Shown: positions 1 to 13,249 of the stretch, piece by piece | Numbering within the stretch: position 1 is the first letter of the stretch | Layout of the letters: every line of letters starts with the position of its first letter | DNA from: Felis catus | Taxonomy: Eukaryota | Assembly (NCBI RefSeq): GCF_018350175.1 | Contig: NC_058368.1 | Location: forward strand, 9,858,001-9,922,000 | Reading direction: 5' to 3' | DNA length: 64,000 bases | The notes under the pieces: generated by a model | Seen by the model: the letters and a program-made list of their open reading frames with translations, nothing else | The model's database searches: none | Told to the model about the DNA's origin: nothing | Program-made: the position numbers and the translations under genes

Positions 1-550
1 AAATGAAGTCTTATTTGGACATCGTTTCTTCTGAGAGATCTTTTAAAAATCTCTGGACTAGGTTAGGTGCTAAGCCTTTCTTGAAATTTCAGCACTTATT
101 CTGGCTATATTTGTATTATGTACAACTGTACATATTATTAAAGTCGTAGACTTTGTATACATTATTACAATTGTACTTATTTTACCATTCACTCAATAAA
201 TACAACACGTAAACTGACATATGATGCAGTAAAGAAAAATAAAGTAGCACAAAGGGCTGCATCTACCTAGTGAAAGGGGTGTCCTTTTCCATTTGCATAA
301 AGAGAAAAAGCTTTAAACAATGGCAGTAAACTGCTCTTCAACAGGGGTGTGTGTGTGCACGTGTGTAGAGAAGGAATCTGTAGGCACATATAGATTTTGA
401 GCCTAGTGAGAAGGGAAGCCACTGGAATGTTTTGAGCAAAGAAATGACATGACCTTACTGATGTTTTTAGTGAGACACTGGTTGGCAGATGGAGAATAAA
501 CCGTGGGGAAGGGAAGGAAGTAGGGAGAAGAGCAGACTATTGCTATAATC

Positions 551-769
551 CAATGGTCCTCAACTGGAGGCAATTTTGCTCCCAAGGGGACATTTTAGCA
601 ACGTCTGGTGACATTTTTGGTGGTCACAACTGTGAGAGGCACTTGCTACTTGTATCTAGTGGGTAAAGGCTAGGGATACCACGAAGTATCCTACAAGGCA
701 TGGGTCAGCCCATCCCCCCAAAAAGAACTACTGGCTGCAAATGTCAATAGTGCTGAGTTGGAGAAACTG
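551..769 (+). mobile_element. MER20 (hAT-Charlie)
   Basis: GACATTTTTGGTGGTCACAACTG; TCTAGTGGGTA; AAATGTCAATAGTGCTGAG. Confidence 0.8.
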
Positions 770-860
770 TTCTGATCTGTCACAGAATGGTGGCATGGAT
801 TAAGATGGCAGTGGTGACAGCTCAAGACGTGCTTAGTTCTGGATAGATTTTAAAAGGAGA

Positions 861-1258
861 GGGGCCACCTGGGTGGCTCAGCTGGTTAAGGGTCTGACTC
901 TTGGTTTCGACTCAGGTCATGATCTCACGGTTTGTGAGATCGAGCCCCGCATTGGGTTCTGTGCAGTGTAGAGCCTGCTTGGGATTCTCTGTCCCTCTCC
1001 CACTCATGCTGCTCTCTCTCTCTCTCAGAATAAATAAATAAACTTAAAAAAAAAAAAAGGTAGAGCTGACTGGGGATACCTGAGTGGCTCGGTTGGTTAA
1101 GCAACAGACTCTTCATTTCAGCTCAGGTTATGATCTCAGGGTTCATGAGTTCAAGCCCCACATCAGGCTCTGTACTCCCTCTCTCTCTGCCTCTCCCCCA
1201 CTCTCGTGGGCGCGCACTCTCTCTCTCAAAAAAGAATAAATACATTTAAAAAAAAAAA
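861..1258 (+). mobile_element. Two tandem Can-SINEs (861-1058, 1072-1258)
   Basis: tRNA-derived head (GGGTGGCTCAG-like), (CT)n tract, AATAAA and A-tail. Confidence 0.9.
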
Positions 1259-3647
1259 GTAGAGCTGACTGTATGTGTTGTGGGATTAAATGTATAGTAT
1301 GAGGGAAAAAGAGGCAGAGAGGATATCAAGCTTTCTCACTTGAGCAACTGTAAGAATGAAGTGCCTACTATTGAGAGGAGGAAGAATGTGGAAGCAGTAA
1401 GTAGGGAGGAGGTGCTCTGTTTTGTTTGCAGGTGAGAAGTGGCTGATGAGACTCAAGCAATTGTTTTACACATATTAAATGTTGAACTTTGTCTATCTAC
1501 CTGGTGTCAAGTGAATGTATCAAGTAGGCAGATCGATCCGTGAGCCTGAAGCTCTGGGCAGAGGCTGGGGCTGGAGACAGGCACTTGGGAGTTTCAGCAT
1601 CTATACAGTACGAACAGCTACAGGACAGGAGAAGATTAGTTAGGGAGGGAATGAAAACTGAGACAAGATCTGGGTTCTGAGGCATTTCAATGCTTAAAGG
1701 GGAGGGGAATCAGCACAAACTACTAAAAAGGCAAAGGAGAAGGACTGAGGTAAGAGAACCAAGGGTAAGTCAGAACGAGGAGCTGTGTCAAACGCAGCTG
1801 AGAGGGAAAGGGAAACTGAGGGCTGAGAAATGACCACAAGATCTGGCAACACGGATGTGGATGCTGATGTGGAAATGAACGGTGCCGGTGGGAGGCAGGA
1901 ATGAAAGCCTGACTGGCCTGGAGGCCAAAGAGTTCATAGCAGAGGAAGGTAGAGACAGTGGCTGTAAGCAGTGATACACTCTCTTGCGGTCTTTGTAAAG
2001 CTGAGTAAAAAAACAGGTAATATCCGGAGGAGGATTTTTTCCCTCCCAGCTTATGGTACATGTTCGAACCTTCAGAAAACTTGACAGTATGACAAAACTG
2101 CTTATATCTACAACAGACTCAACATTTAACACTATCATGTGTTTTTCCTATTTGTACACATGTATACACACACACACACCCTCCCGAACACTGAAGGTAA
2201 CTTCATCTCTAAATATACTTCAGATACATCTCCTAAAAAAAAAAAGGCAATTCTCCGACACAACCGTAATAACCATTAACAACACATCTAGGAAAATAAA
2301 ATGTACACTCCCAGATACAGCTTATTGCTAGGCATATTAAAATCCCCCCCAAATAGGTTTTGCAGCAGTTTTTCTCAAACCAGGATTTAATCAAAGTCTA
2401 CGCATTACATTTGGTTATCATGTTCCTTTGGTGTCTCTTAATGAGTTTTTGAAAAGACCTGTCTTACAGAATGGACCTGACTGATTCCTGGTGAAGCCAC
2501 TTAACTTGTTCTTCTGTCCCGGAAGGGAAGAGTTTGTAAAAAGTAGTAAATATATTCATTATTCTTGGCATAATATCCTAAAATTAACACTTCCCAACTT
2601 TCTGTATCTCTCTGCCCTTTCATTTTACTAAAATTCTCAATTTATTCCAGGATTTTTTTTTTTTCCATTTAACTGCCTCCTGTAAGCTCTAAAGACTCAA
2701 CTGAGCAACTTACAGGGTTTATACGTTCCATGGTCAGAAAAAACCGACTACAGCCTCTCACTATAAGAATCATGGGGATCTCATCCTGAAGCTAATCAGT
2801 ACTGACACCAAACATTTTATTGGTTAAGCACAACAAACTACATTTGGAAAGTAAAATGAATTCTCTGAAATTTCTTTCCTGATAAGTAAAATAGTGCCTC
2901 CTAATAATTGAGGGTGAAAGCTGCTGTGAAATACGCCCACGTGACCAGAAATTACAACAGCCAAAAGGGTGCACAGAGTCTGGTGCTGGTATGCTCTATA
3001 CACCATTCTATGTAGTAAAGAACTTAAATACAGATGCAAGATTTGATTAAACTTGTATTTGGCCTTCTGTAACTGGTCAGTCAGGCATAAATGCTTTACA
3101 CAACTTAATGGACGTTCTTCAAGCAACTTAAAATGCAAACTGACCCAACAATGTTTAGGACTAGAATTCTAAAGAACATTTAGGCATTATCAATTTGTCA
3201 TAAACATTTTCTGCCACAATCTTAAAATTGTCTTTTCCACAGTGTCAGAAAGCATTAGAAACAGAATGATTTTATACAAATGATTAAACAGTATACAAAT
3301 TTTATACTGTTTGATCCAATAAATGTTTCATGTTCCCCCTTACATTGCTATTTATTTTTTTGCTATGTTACAAAACCTGCATTTAACATGGCATATGAAA
3401 TATCATAAAATAAATGAATTCATCTCATTTACGAGTTCATAAGAGTTCATCGCACATGGTGAAATAAATGACTAAAATAAAATGGTTAATGATTTTTTTC
3501 CAAAGACTTTATGGGGCTCGAACTCACAACTCTGTGATCAAGAGCCACAAGCTCTACTGACAGAGGAGCCAGGAGCCCCAAAACAGTTAATGATTTTTAA
3601 CCATTTCCTTGCACTTACTTGGACTTCTTTAGTGCTTTGCATTAGAA

Positions 3648-3878
3648 TTTTTTTTGGGTTTTTTTTTTTTTTTTTCAACGTTTATTTATTTTTGGGACAG
3701 AGAGAGACAGAGCATGAACGGGGGAGGGGCAGAGAGAGAGGGAGACACAGAATCGGAAACAGGCTCCAGGCTCTGAGCCATTAGCCCAGAGCCCGACACG
3801 GGGCTCGAACTCCCGGACCGCGAGATCGTGACCTGGCTGAAGTCGGACGCTTAACCGACTGCGCCACCCAGGCGCCCC
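3648..3878 (-). mobile_element. Young SINEC_Fc-like SINE
   Basis: CpGs intact; TSD TGCATTAGAATTTT. Confidence 0.92.
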
Positions 3879-4371
3879 TGCATTAGAATTTTAATCAAAG
3901 CACTGATGCTTATTTTAAGTGATATTTTTCAACCCTTTTGGGCCTATGGTTTATTTCAGCGAGGTAAATGACCTTCACTAGCCACCTAGTCCCACCTCAT
4001 TCTGATTACTACTGCAAAAAACCCCTTACTTCAATAAATTAGAAGCTAGGGACCAGACTTCATGAAGCACCTCCCAGAAGTAAATTAATTCATGTTAAAA
4101 TAAAAATTGTAGCTATTATCACCTGTAATTATAAGTCTGCCTGTAGGTCATCTCAACTTTCAGACTGTCTGGAAGATCATAAAAACCACTGGTAGTCCCT
4201 GATCACGTTATGTAAACTTCTCATTTAGATGGAGCTAGATGAGAAGGAGGGGCCAGCAGCAGAAAATTATCCTTTTAACCTATTCTCCAGCTAGGAAACT
4301 ATGTTACTCAATTATTTGATCTCAAATGAAGCACAGTGAAGTAACAAAATCAAACTAACATGTTATATAAC

Positions 4372-4942
4372 TGTGGCAGCCAGCTTCCAAGATGGCCTCT
4401 AGCGAGCCCTGCCTCCAAGTATTCACACCCTCGTGTGGGTCCCTCCCACAGTAGATCAGGGTGGGTCTGTGCAGGAGAGTGATGACATAATTTTTTTTTT
4501 TTGTTTTTTGAGAGAGAGCATGCATGGGATGGGGGTGGGGGTGGGGGGGAGAAGAAGGGAGAGAATCTTAAGCAGGTTCAGCCTGACACAGGGCTGAATC
4601 TTATAACCATGAGATCATGACCTGAGCCAAAATCAAGAGTTCCAACACTTAAATGACTGAGTCACCCAGGTGCCCCAAATGGTATATTACTTCTAAAGCC
4701 AGGTTATAAAAGACACCACGGTTTCTGCCTCTCTTTCAGATCACCTACTCTGGTGGAAAGCCAGCTGTCATGTCAAGGGACATTCATGCAGCTTTCAGAT
4801 GACTGCAGTCACATGAGACTCTGAATTGGAACCACCCAGCTAAAATACTTCCAGATTCCTACCCATCAGAAACTGTGTTTAATAATATCTATGGTTTAAG
4901 CCTTTGGGGGTACTTTCTTGCACAGCAAAATATAACTATACA
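4372..4942 (+). mobile_element. MLT1-type MaLR solo LTR interrupted by an antisense SINE (~4490-4676)
   Basis: TG...CA ends; CAAGATGGCC; AGATTCCTACCCATCAGAAACTGTG; AACTATACA. Confidence 0.7.
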
Positions 4943-6519
4943 ATGATATATACTAATTTAACTGGTTGAAGTTATAGCTATATAACATCCCACTTAAGTA
5001 TTAAAAATCACAGCGTCCTGATGCAATGCAAGGTATTAAAAGAAATCCACTAACAAATACCTATCGAGTACCACTGATGACAAGAAAGCTTTGTCACACT
5101 GCACATGAAACTTCCTTAGAGTAATATTCATGGCTGATCTCCACTTTCTCACTAACTCCTCCCTGGGGTAGGAAGGAGTAACCAGTCTGATAAATTTGAG
5201 AGAAAAAATTCTGGGCTCAGCCACTTCCTTTTTTCTTTTCTATTTGGGATTTGTCTAACTGAAGAAGCCATTTATTCTGGGCTGTTCTCTATCACACAGT
5301 AAATGTAGTGGGACAAACTCCATTCTTGTAGACAGAGAAAGGTGAGGCTGAAATCAGCCTAATTCCGGAGTGCAATACTAGGAAGTTCCTTGTTGCTGCA
5401 AGCCTCAGCCACGTTTCCAAAACAACTTTTTGGGTAAACTTGTATTTGAAGCTTCATCTATGTGATTTCTACATCTTATTTCTTACCACGATTCAAACTT
5501 CAGCAAGGAAAAAAAGGGTGTCATTACTTATCAATCTCTAAACTAAATACACAGCACTATAATGGGTATTTCGTGTCCATATGGACTGTATGGCATATTT
5601 GGGACGTAAACTAAGATAACCTGAAGGATTAAATAATAATTACCTGTCAAATGTAAACTATAAGAAGCACAGAGTTATTAATAAATAAATGAGAAATTAT
5701 GATCACTGGTAAGCATCAGAAAATCTGAAGAAGAAAGGCAAAAACACAGATGCCCAGACCCCATGCCAAACCCACAGAATTGGGAATAGGACCCAAGCAA
5801 TTGCATTTTTGATAAGTTCCCAATATAATGCTGATTCATACCAATTTAGGAACCCGAGCTATACACAAGGAGCGCAATGACTCTGGAAAAAAAGAGACTG
5901 CTGTGAGCTATCAAAGGAAAGATTACAGCAAACAGAACTTTAAGCAAATTGTAAATGACACGCAGGGTTTAGATGAGATGGTAGGTAACGGAGGGAAACC
6001 AGAATGTGCTGAGGGCCTATTAACTGCCAGGCCCTGTTCTACGCATCACCTCATTTAAGATAATTTCACTGCATACATGGAAAAACTGAGGCTCAGACAG
6101 ATGAAATCATTTACCTCAGGTCACAAAACTAGTTAAACGACACAGTGGGATTAGTAGACATTTTCATCATATGGATGAAATTGAGCCTCAGGGAGGTTAA
6201 GTATTTTGTTGGAAGAAACAAAATTGGGAAGTGGAAGAACTGTGATTAATAAGTGGACAAGGTGAAATCAGGTCTGTGAATCTAAAGCCTGTTTCTTTTT
6301 TTCTTTTTAGTAAGATGGAAAGGAATCTCCTTTGCTTAAATAGAACACAAGAACAGAAAAGCAATAGTAAGCTTAGAAATCAAATTAGACCATCAAAAAA
6401 TAGTCTACACTTAAACGTATGATGTGGTCAGACAACCACACATTAAAGACCACCAATGATATAAAAATCAGTTTTAAAAAGATTTTTTTTAAAAAAAGAC
6501 ATTCTTGAAGTTTTTAAAA

Positions 6520-7704
6520 AAATTTTTTTAAATGTTTATTTTGAGAGACAGACAGTGCAAGTGGGGGAGGGACAGAGAGAGAGGAGAGAGACAATCCCAG
6601 GCAGGGTCCACACTGCTAGCACTGAGCCCGACATGGGGCTCAAACTCACAAAACCATGAGATCATGACCCGAGCTGAAATCAAGAGTTAGACATTTAAGC
6701 GACTGAGCCATCCAGGCACCCCTTAAAAAAAAAAGATCAAAAGAAAAAAAATCAAAGGCAGTTTTGTCTGAATTGATTAGTTTACTAAATAATTACCAAC
6801 TGCAATTAGCAATCAGAATCCAATTAGACTGAACTGATGATTCAGCAACTAGTTGGAAAGTACCAACCTAGTCAAAACAGTCAAATTAATTTTACAGTTA
6901 GTCTTATAAGCATAATGTTTAAGGCCAGAGTAATTTCACTTATAACTGAAAATTTTTTTTTAATGTTTATTTTTTGGAGAGACTGTGCACACACATGTGT
7001 GAGGGGAGGGGCAGAAAGAGAGGAAGAGAATCTTAAAAACATTTTTTTTTAACGTTTATTTATTTTGAGGGAGAGAGAGAGAGAGCATGAGCAGAGGAGG
7101 GGCAGAAAGAGAGGAAGATACAGAATCTGAAGAAGGCTCCAGGCTCTGAGCTGTCAGCACAGAGCCCGACGTGGGGCTGGAACTCATGAACTGCGAGACT
7201 ATGACCTGAGCCGAAGTCAGATGCTTAACCAACTGAGCCATCCAGGTGCCCCAAAGGAGGGAGAGAGTCTTAAGCAGGCTCCACACTCAGTGCAGAGCCC
7301 GATGTGGGGCTCAATCTCACAACTGTGAGATATGACTTGACCCAAAATCAAGAGTCGGAGGTTTAACTGACTGAGCCACCCAGGCACCCCATAACTGAAA
7401 TTTTTAAAGACTGCTTTACGACAATATTTTATAAGACTTCGTGATAAATATTACTACCTTAAGGACTTAAAAAAAAAATGTTACTTGAGAGAGAGAATGT
7501 GCAGCCATATGCAACAGCGGGGAGGGGGAGGGGGGGAGAGAGAGAGAGAGAGAGAGAAAATCCCAAACAGGCTCCACACAGTCAGCACAGAGCCTGACTT
7601 GGGGCTCTATCCCATGAACTGTGAGATCACGACCAGAGGGGAGATCATGACCAGAGCTGAAATCAAGAGTTGGATGCCCAACCAACTGACCCACCCAGCA
7701 CCCC
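6520..7704 (-). mobile_element. Cluster of four Can-SINEs (6520-6722; 6953-7390 with nested 7041-7252; 7467-7704)
   Basis: SINE heads and tails; TSDs ATAACTGAAA and CCTTAAGGACTT. Confidence 0.88.
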
Positions 7705-9103
7705 TTAAGGACTTTCTGAAAAGTGAAGCTAAATACTTACTTATCTCTATTCTCCATGTATATAGGCACCTCAACTGTTTTTCCATCTTTAAGACCAAAG
7801 TCAAAATTCAACTTTGTGAGACCCCTCCTGTAATTAAAATTAACTAGTTTCTTTCCATTGTTGCTACGGAATATTGCTTGCACATCTCTATTTAGCATTT
7901 ATTTCATTTTGCCTTTGTACGAAAACTATCCATTTACAAATGCTTCTACTTTTTTTTTAGGGATAAAGATTATGCATTAAGCACCTTTGTATTCATCCAG
8001 CATTTAGCACAGTGCTTTGCATACTCAATAAAAGTGCGTTGACAAATAAGTTAATATTTTTCTCACATCTTCCAAAACCCTGAACTAACAAGGATAAGAA
8101 CGTGGGGAAATATACTGTGGAAAACACTACATTTTAAGAGTAGGTTTTGTCAGCCCTGTGAACTGGGAACCATGATGATCATTCATTGATTAGCAAATAT
8201 GTACTATGTACTAGGCAATGTATATATAACCTCGAATAAGACCGACGTAGTCCTTGCCCTCACAAGTTAGTAGACACTTAATATATGCATAGGTTGTGAA
8301 GAAAACAAACAGCAGGTGGTAATAAGGAATTAGAGTAGGGATGGCAGGTACAGGGCTGCTCATAGGGTGGACAGCTTGACAAGTGAAACCGAGGCTGACA
8401 CTTGAAGGATGAGTCACATATGCAAGGAGAAGGGGAACAGCTAGGAGAATTAAGGCCCTGAAGCAGGGGTGGCGGCCACATGCTACAATGCCAGCTTCAG
8501 GGGAATCCAATTACCACAGCATATTCTCTACCCTTCTATTTATCAGTTCTTTTGCAATTGTTTCTATCACTTCTCTTTTTCTGATGGTTCAGATATTCCT
8601 GGCAAAATTTTACAAATGGCATGAACTCAGGGGGATGTAAGGCTGTTTCCAAATAATCCTAATTTCCCTCTAATCTTACGACTGATAAATTCATCTCCAA
8701 GAGACATCTGTGTCCCAATTAGGAAAAGAGTGTTTCTCTAAATCATCTTTAATTTTTTGATTTGGGAGTCCTCCTGATTGCTAATCAACATGTATAATTA
8801 CTTCAATAATTATAGAATGTTCTTTTGTTTTCAGAAAAATGACCTGCTGCTTTCCGAACTGTAAATTGCTCTAGAACCTACGTAGAGGAAACCTACCTAA
8901 AGTGGTCCCTAACCCCGGGGCATTCTCAGATCTACTGCTACAGCTACCTGTGAAATGGGAGCATGTGATGTACTGGAAAAAGCCCTGCATTAGAAATTAG
9001 AGGACACAGGTTCTAGTCCCAGGTCTGCCACTTTGTTATGCAAATTTGGGTCAGTTGTTCACTTCTAGGTTTAGTTTTATCATTGGTAAAGTGGGAATAT
9101 ATA

Positions 9104-9286
9104 GGACACCTGGTGGCTCAGTCGGTTAAGCGTCAGACTTCGGCTCAGGTCATGATCTTGTGGTTCCAGAGTTCAAGCCCCGCATCACGCTCTATGCTGA
9201 GAGCCTGGAGCCTACTTCAGATTCTAGGTCTCCCTCTCTCTCTGCCCCTCCCCCCCCTCTTTCTCTCTGATAAACATTAAAAAAAA
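9104..9286 (+). mobile_element. Can-SINE
   Basis: GGTGGCTCAGTCGGTTAAGCG head and (CT)n tract. Confidence 0.88.
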
Positions 9287-11268
9287 TTATAAAGCAAGAA
9301 TACATAAAAGTTGCAACTTATACAAAGTCAACTCCATGTGCTTGGCAAAAAGTTTAAAAGAAAAATATCAATTTAAATAGCACTCAGTGAGTATATGCCT
9401 AGAGGTAAGCATGAGCTGGAAAGCCCAAATATGTTGTTCCATCAATTAGTCTCAGTTAAGAGCCTTTCACTGAAAATCTTGCTGTGCTGTATGATTTTAG
9501 TGTTTAAAGATTTATATACTTATTTATATACGCACACATACACATACATATATATGTGTATACACACACACACACACACTTACATACTTCTTTGCCTAAA
9601 ACAAGGTCCCTGCATATCCATTTGCTTCATCCACAGCTCAAAAAAAAAAAAAGAACAGTCATTCAGGTGATATGATTTAGTTCATATGTTTACTTTGGAA
9701 CCAAATAGGGTACAGACTCCACTACATGACTATACTATACTGCCATAGAGAGCACATAAGTCAAAGTGGATGGAACCCTGGCAATATACTGTTGAGACCC
9801 TGATCCATCAATTTTTTTGTTACTGGTTGCTAAATAACATAGTTTACCAACTATGTCACTATCCCAATAGACCTGTGCCACTGTTTAGGGAAAAGATATA
9901 TTCACATCTGTGGAAACCGATGAATGTACAAAGTTATTCATTGCACAATGCTTTTACTAAAGACCAGGAAAAAAACCTAAATGTCCAAAAGTTAAGGGCC
10001 GACTAAGTGACACATCATACAGTGGAATATCATGCTGCCATAAAAATGAATAAGGAACCACTTTAGATAATGACATAGAACAGTTTCTAAGATAAATGAA
10101 AAAAACAGGGTACATACACTGTGCATAGTACCATTTACATACAAAAGGGGGGGAATATATGTAGATTTGCTTATACACATGTGAAAGTTTTTTGGAAAAA
10201 AATATAAGAAACTGGTAGCATTGGTTGCTTCCTAGGGAAGAAACTGGGACAGGAGTAGAAGGAAGACTTTTCACTGCATATTCTTTTTTACCTTTTTAAA
10301 TGTGAACCATGTGAATCTATTACCCAATCCAAAAGAAAATACAAAATTTAGATCAGCACCAAAGTAGTTTGAGATGAAAAAGGATCATGCTCTTAATGTT
10401 AAACATTTGCAAAAAGTAGGCATAGTAGGTAGAATAATTGGAACTGTAAGTGACCATCTATTCTAAACTCACTTTATAGATCTGGAAACCAAGGCCTTGA
10501 GAATTAAGCGACTTATGTGAGGTCACATAACAAAAGAGTGAGGATTAGAAATCAGATGTTCCAAGATCTACTCTACAACTCTTCTGTATCATACCGTCTT
10601 CTCATTTTGTGTGGGCAAAATGGAAACAAGTCTAGACTACATAAAGGGTCGTCATGTTCCGTCTAAAATTCAGAGGCTAAAGTACAAAATAAAATAACTT
10701 CAACTCCTCAGACTACTCATTTTTAGTGTGGCCTTGATGTGGTGACACTTACAAATAGGCCGTGCATATCCTCATCACTGCACATATTACAGTATGATAA
10801 ATGTACTGTCTTTATCCTATCTCAATTGAATCCACTGAGGGCAAGAACTAGAGTGTCTTCTTTTAATTTTCTAAATTTGCAAACGCCTCGCACAAGTGTA
10901 ACTGCCAAAAATAGTAATATAGGTTTACATTCCCTATCCAAAACCCAGGGTCTGGATATATTTTAGAAATAACAATTCCTTGAAATTTAAAAATGTTACA
11001 GGATACACACAACACTTCCCACACCAGTGGTCAAGGGGAGCACCCCACAGTCAAACATATAACCTATTTCCTCAGCAAAACATATGGGGTAAAAACTATG
11101 TATCACTTTTCATTAGCTTGGGTGATATTTTGTTACCAAATTAATTTTCTCTCCAAGTTTAATAAGTTTTTGGTTTGGGCAGCCTCCTGAATGTTGGAAT
11201 TAAATAGATTATAGACTGCATTTACAAAGGTGCTGCTAACAAAAATAGGGTTAGTTCCTTCAACTCTC

Positions 11269-11498
11269 TTTTTTTTTTTTTAATTTTTTTTTTTCAACGT
11301 TTATTTATTTTTGGGACAGAGAGAGACAGAGCATGAACGGGCGAGAGGCAGAGAGGGAGGGAGACACAGAATCGGAAACAGGCTCCAGGCTCTGAGCCAT
11401 CAGCCCAGAGCCCGACGCGGGGCTCGAACTCGACGGACCGCGAGATCGTGACCTGGCTGAAGTCGGACGCTTAACCGACTGCGCCACCCAGGCGCCCC
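11269..11498 (-). mobile_element. Young SINEC_Fc-like SINE
   Basis: Near identical to the 3648 and 28695 copies. Confidence 0.92.
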
Positions 11499-12309
11499 AA
11501 CTCTCATCTTTTTTGATGAGATCAGAACGACCAATCACAGCAGGCAGCTTTTACATCCCAGCTTTGGGCTAAAGACTTGGCTCCTGATTAAGGAATCCAA
11601 TCCAGCAGAGGGGACAAAACCTGATGCTATGGAAAGAAAACATTTAAAAGAGAAGAAAGAAAATCCTAAGTGTACATTATACTCCTATTTTGGCTGTTCA
11701 CGACTAAAAGCTTCCTTTAATCACACTGTGTTAGTTTTTAAATGGAAACACGTTAAATACAATTTCTGTACCACATTGCTGACGAGGAGATTGCTTTCTA
11801 CTGAAAGGTAACTAACTGTACTCTTTCTGGGACCAGTGTACATAGAAAGAGGCATTCCAAACACATTCGCAAGGAAAAAGCATAAATGTATTCAATTTTT
11901 TCAACCTGGGACTGCTCCTGTACTGTAACTTAAAGGAGAGTTTCTTCTAGTCAACCTCTCCTAATTGTCCTTATTAGCATCACTCCTTTTAGAAAGTCTT
12001 GCGGAACTTTTTCTACCTTTTACAAGGGGGAAAAATTCTGGAGTCAAATCTGTGTATCTAAAATCCCCTTTTCTTTCCACAACCCAAGCCCTACATCCAT
12101 TTTGTTTCTGTCACTATTACATATTTTTTCCTGGCAAAAAATCAAATTTGCACTGCAAGACTATAAATCAACTTCACAAACAACGTTTCATTGATATAAT
12201 TCAGTTTGGCAATGTTGATTTTTCCATCTTAGGATTGTAGCTACAATTTTAACTGAATCAATTGTTTTGTTCAACTTACGAAGTTAACAATTCGGCAAGC
12301 ATCATTTAC

Positions 12310-12310
<1 letters not shown>

Positions 12311-12345
<35 letters not shown>
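12311..12345. repeat. A35 homopolymer
   Basis: Pure run with no adjacent SINE body. Confidence 0.9.
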
Positions 12346-12348
<3 letters not shown>

Positions 12349-13249
12349 TGTATTTTATCCTGAAAATGGAAATAGCAATGGTGAACAAGAAAAACGCTCC
12401 GAGTTTGTCTATTATTTCAAGAAGGAAATACTATGTTCTATTTTCATAATTCATTTGAAAAAGAGAAAACTAGTCAGATCTTACAACAAATATACCAGCA
12501 TATTAATAATCGAGGACAACAAGAAAGGTAAGCAAAAATTAACCAGCCTAGTTTTCAGTCTGGAGGAAAAACAAACTCCCTACTGGATTTCTTGGCCATA
12601 TGCATTCGTAAGTACGGACAACTAAAATCCTTTTTACTGAAGAATTTCTTGGCATAAGGGACTTGTTTCCTCTATACCGCCCTATCAAAATTACCAGCAT
12701 TATTCTAGAATATAGTTATTTAGTTTGAAACCACTAAAAACATCCCCCCCCCCCCCCAGCCCAAAATGCTAACGGTGGTTACTCTGTCACGACAGGGTCA
12801 CAAAATCCAAACTGTTACTCTAGGTTATAGAACCAGTCGACCAAAAGGACTTCTAGAATATGCTGCCCCAAGATTCAGAATGCAACTCAGAAATAGCACA
12901 CGCGGTCACGATGTCCCTTAAGCCACATGACCTTCCTACGAAAGCAGAGCCTTAAACTTATCAACTACAGGAGAACTATCCTTTTCTCTTAAGTTCAAGC
13001 AAGGCAGGGCAGCTAAAATGAACGCAGCAGGGACAGATCGGCTGCTGACTAGCAAAAACGGGCGGTGGACAGCAAAGTCCCTGTGCTTTGGCTACTCCCC
13101 TTACCGTTAGAAGATCTGGGAGGGAGGAAAGGAGAAACACCCCAGAATCCTGGCAGAAAAGCCCCTGGCCTCGAAGATGGGGTTTAGGGAGACAGGGAGG
13201 GGCAGCTCCGTGTGTGTGGTGACCCTTTGTGAACACACACTCTGTGGCT

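Larger units (their letters stand above)
400..2000 (-). mobile_element. L2 fragment interrupted by MER20 and two SINEs
   Basis: Purine-rich antisense L2 motifs (GGGAAGCCACTGGAA...GACATGA). Confidence 0.6.

Noticed and set aside
11601..11616. CTCF-like CCAGCAGAGGGGAC
   Set aside because: Mismatch at the key GGC position; unsupported without ChIP data
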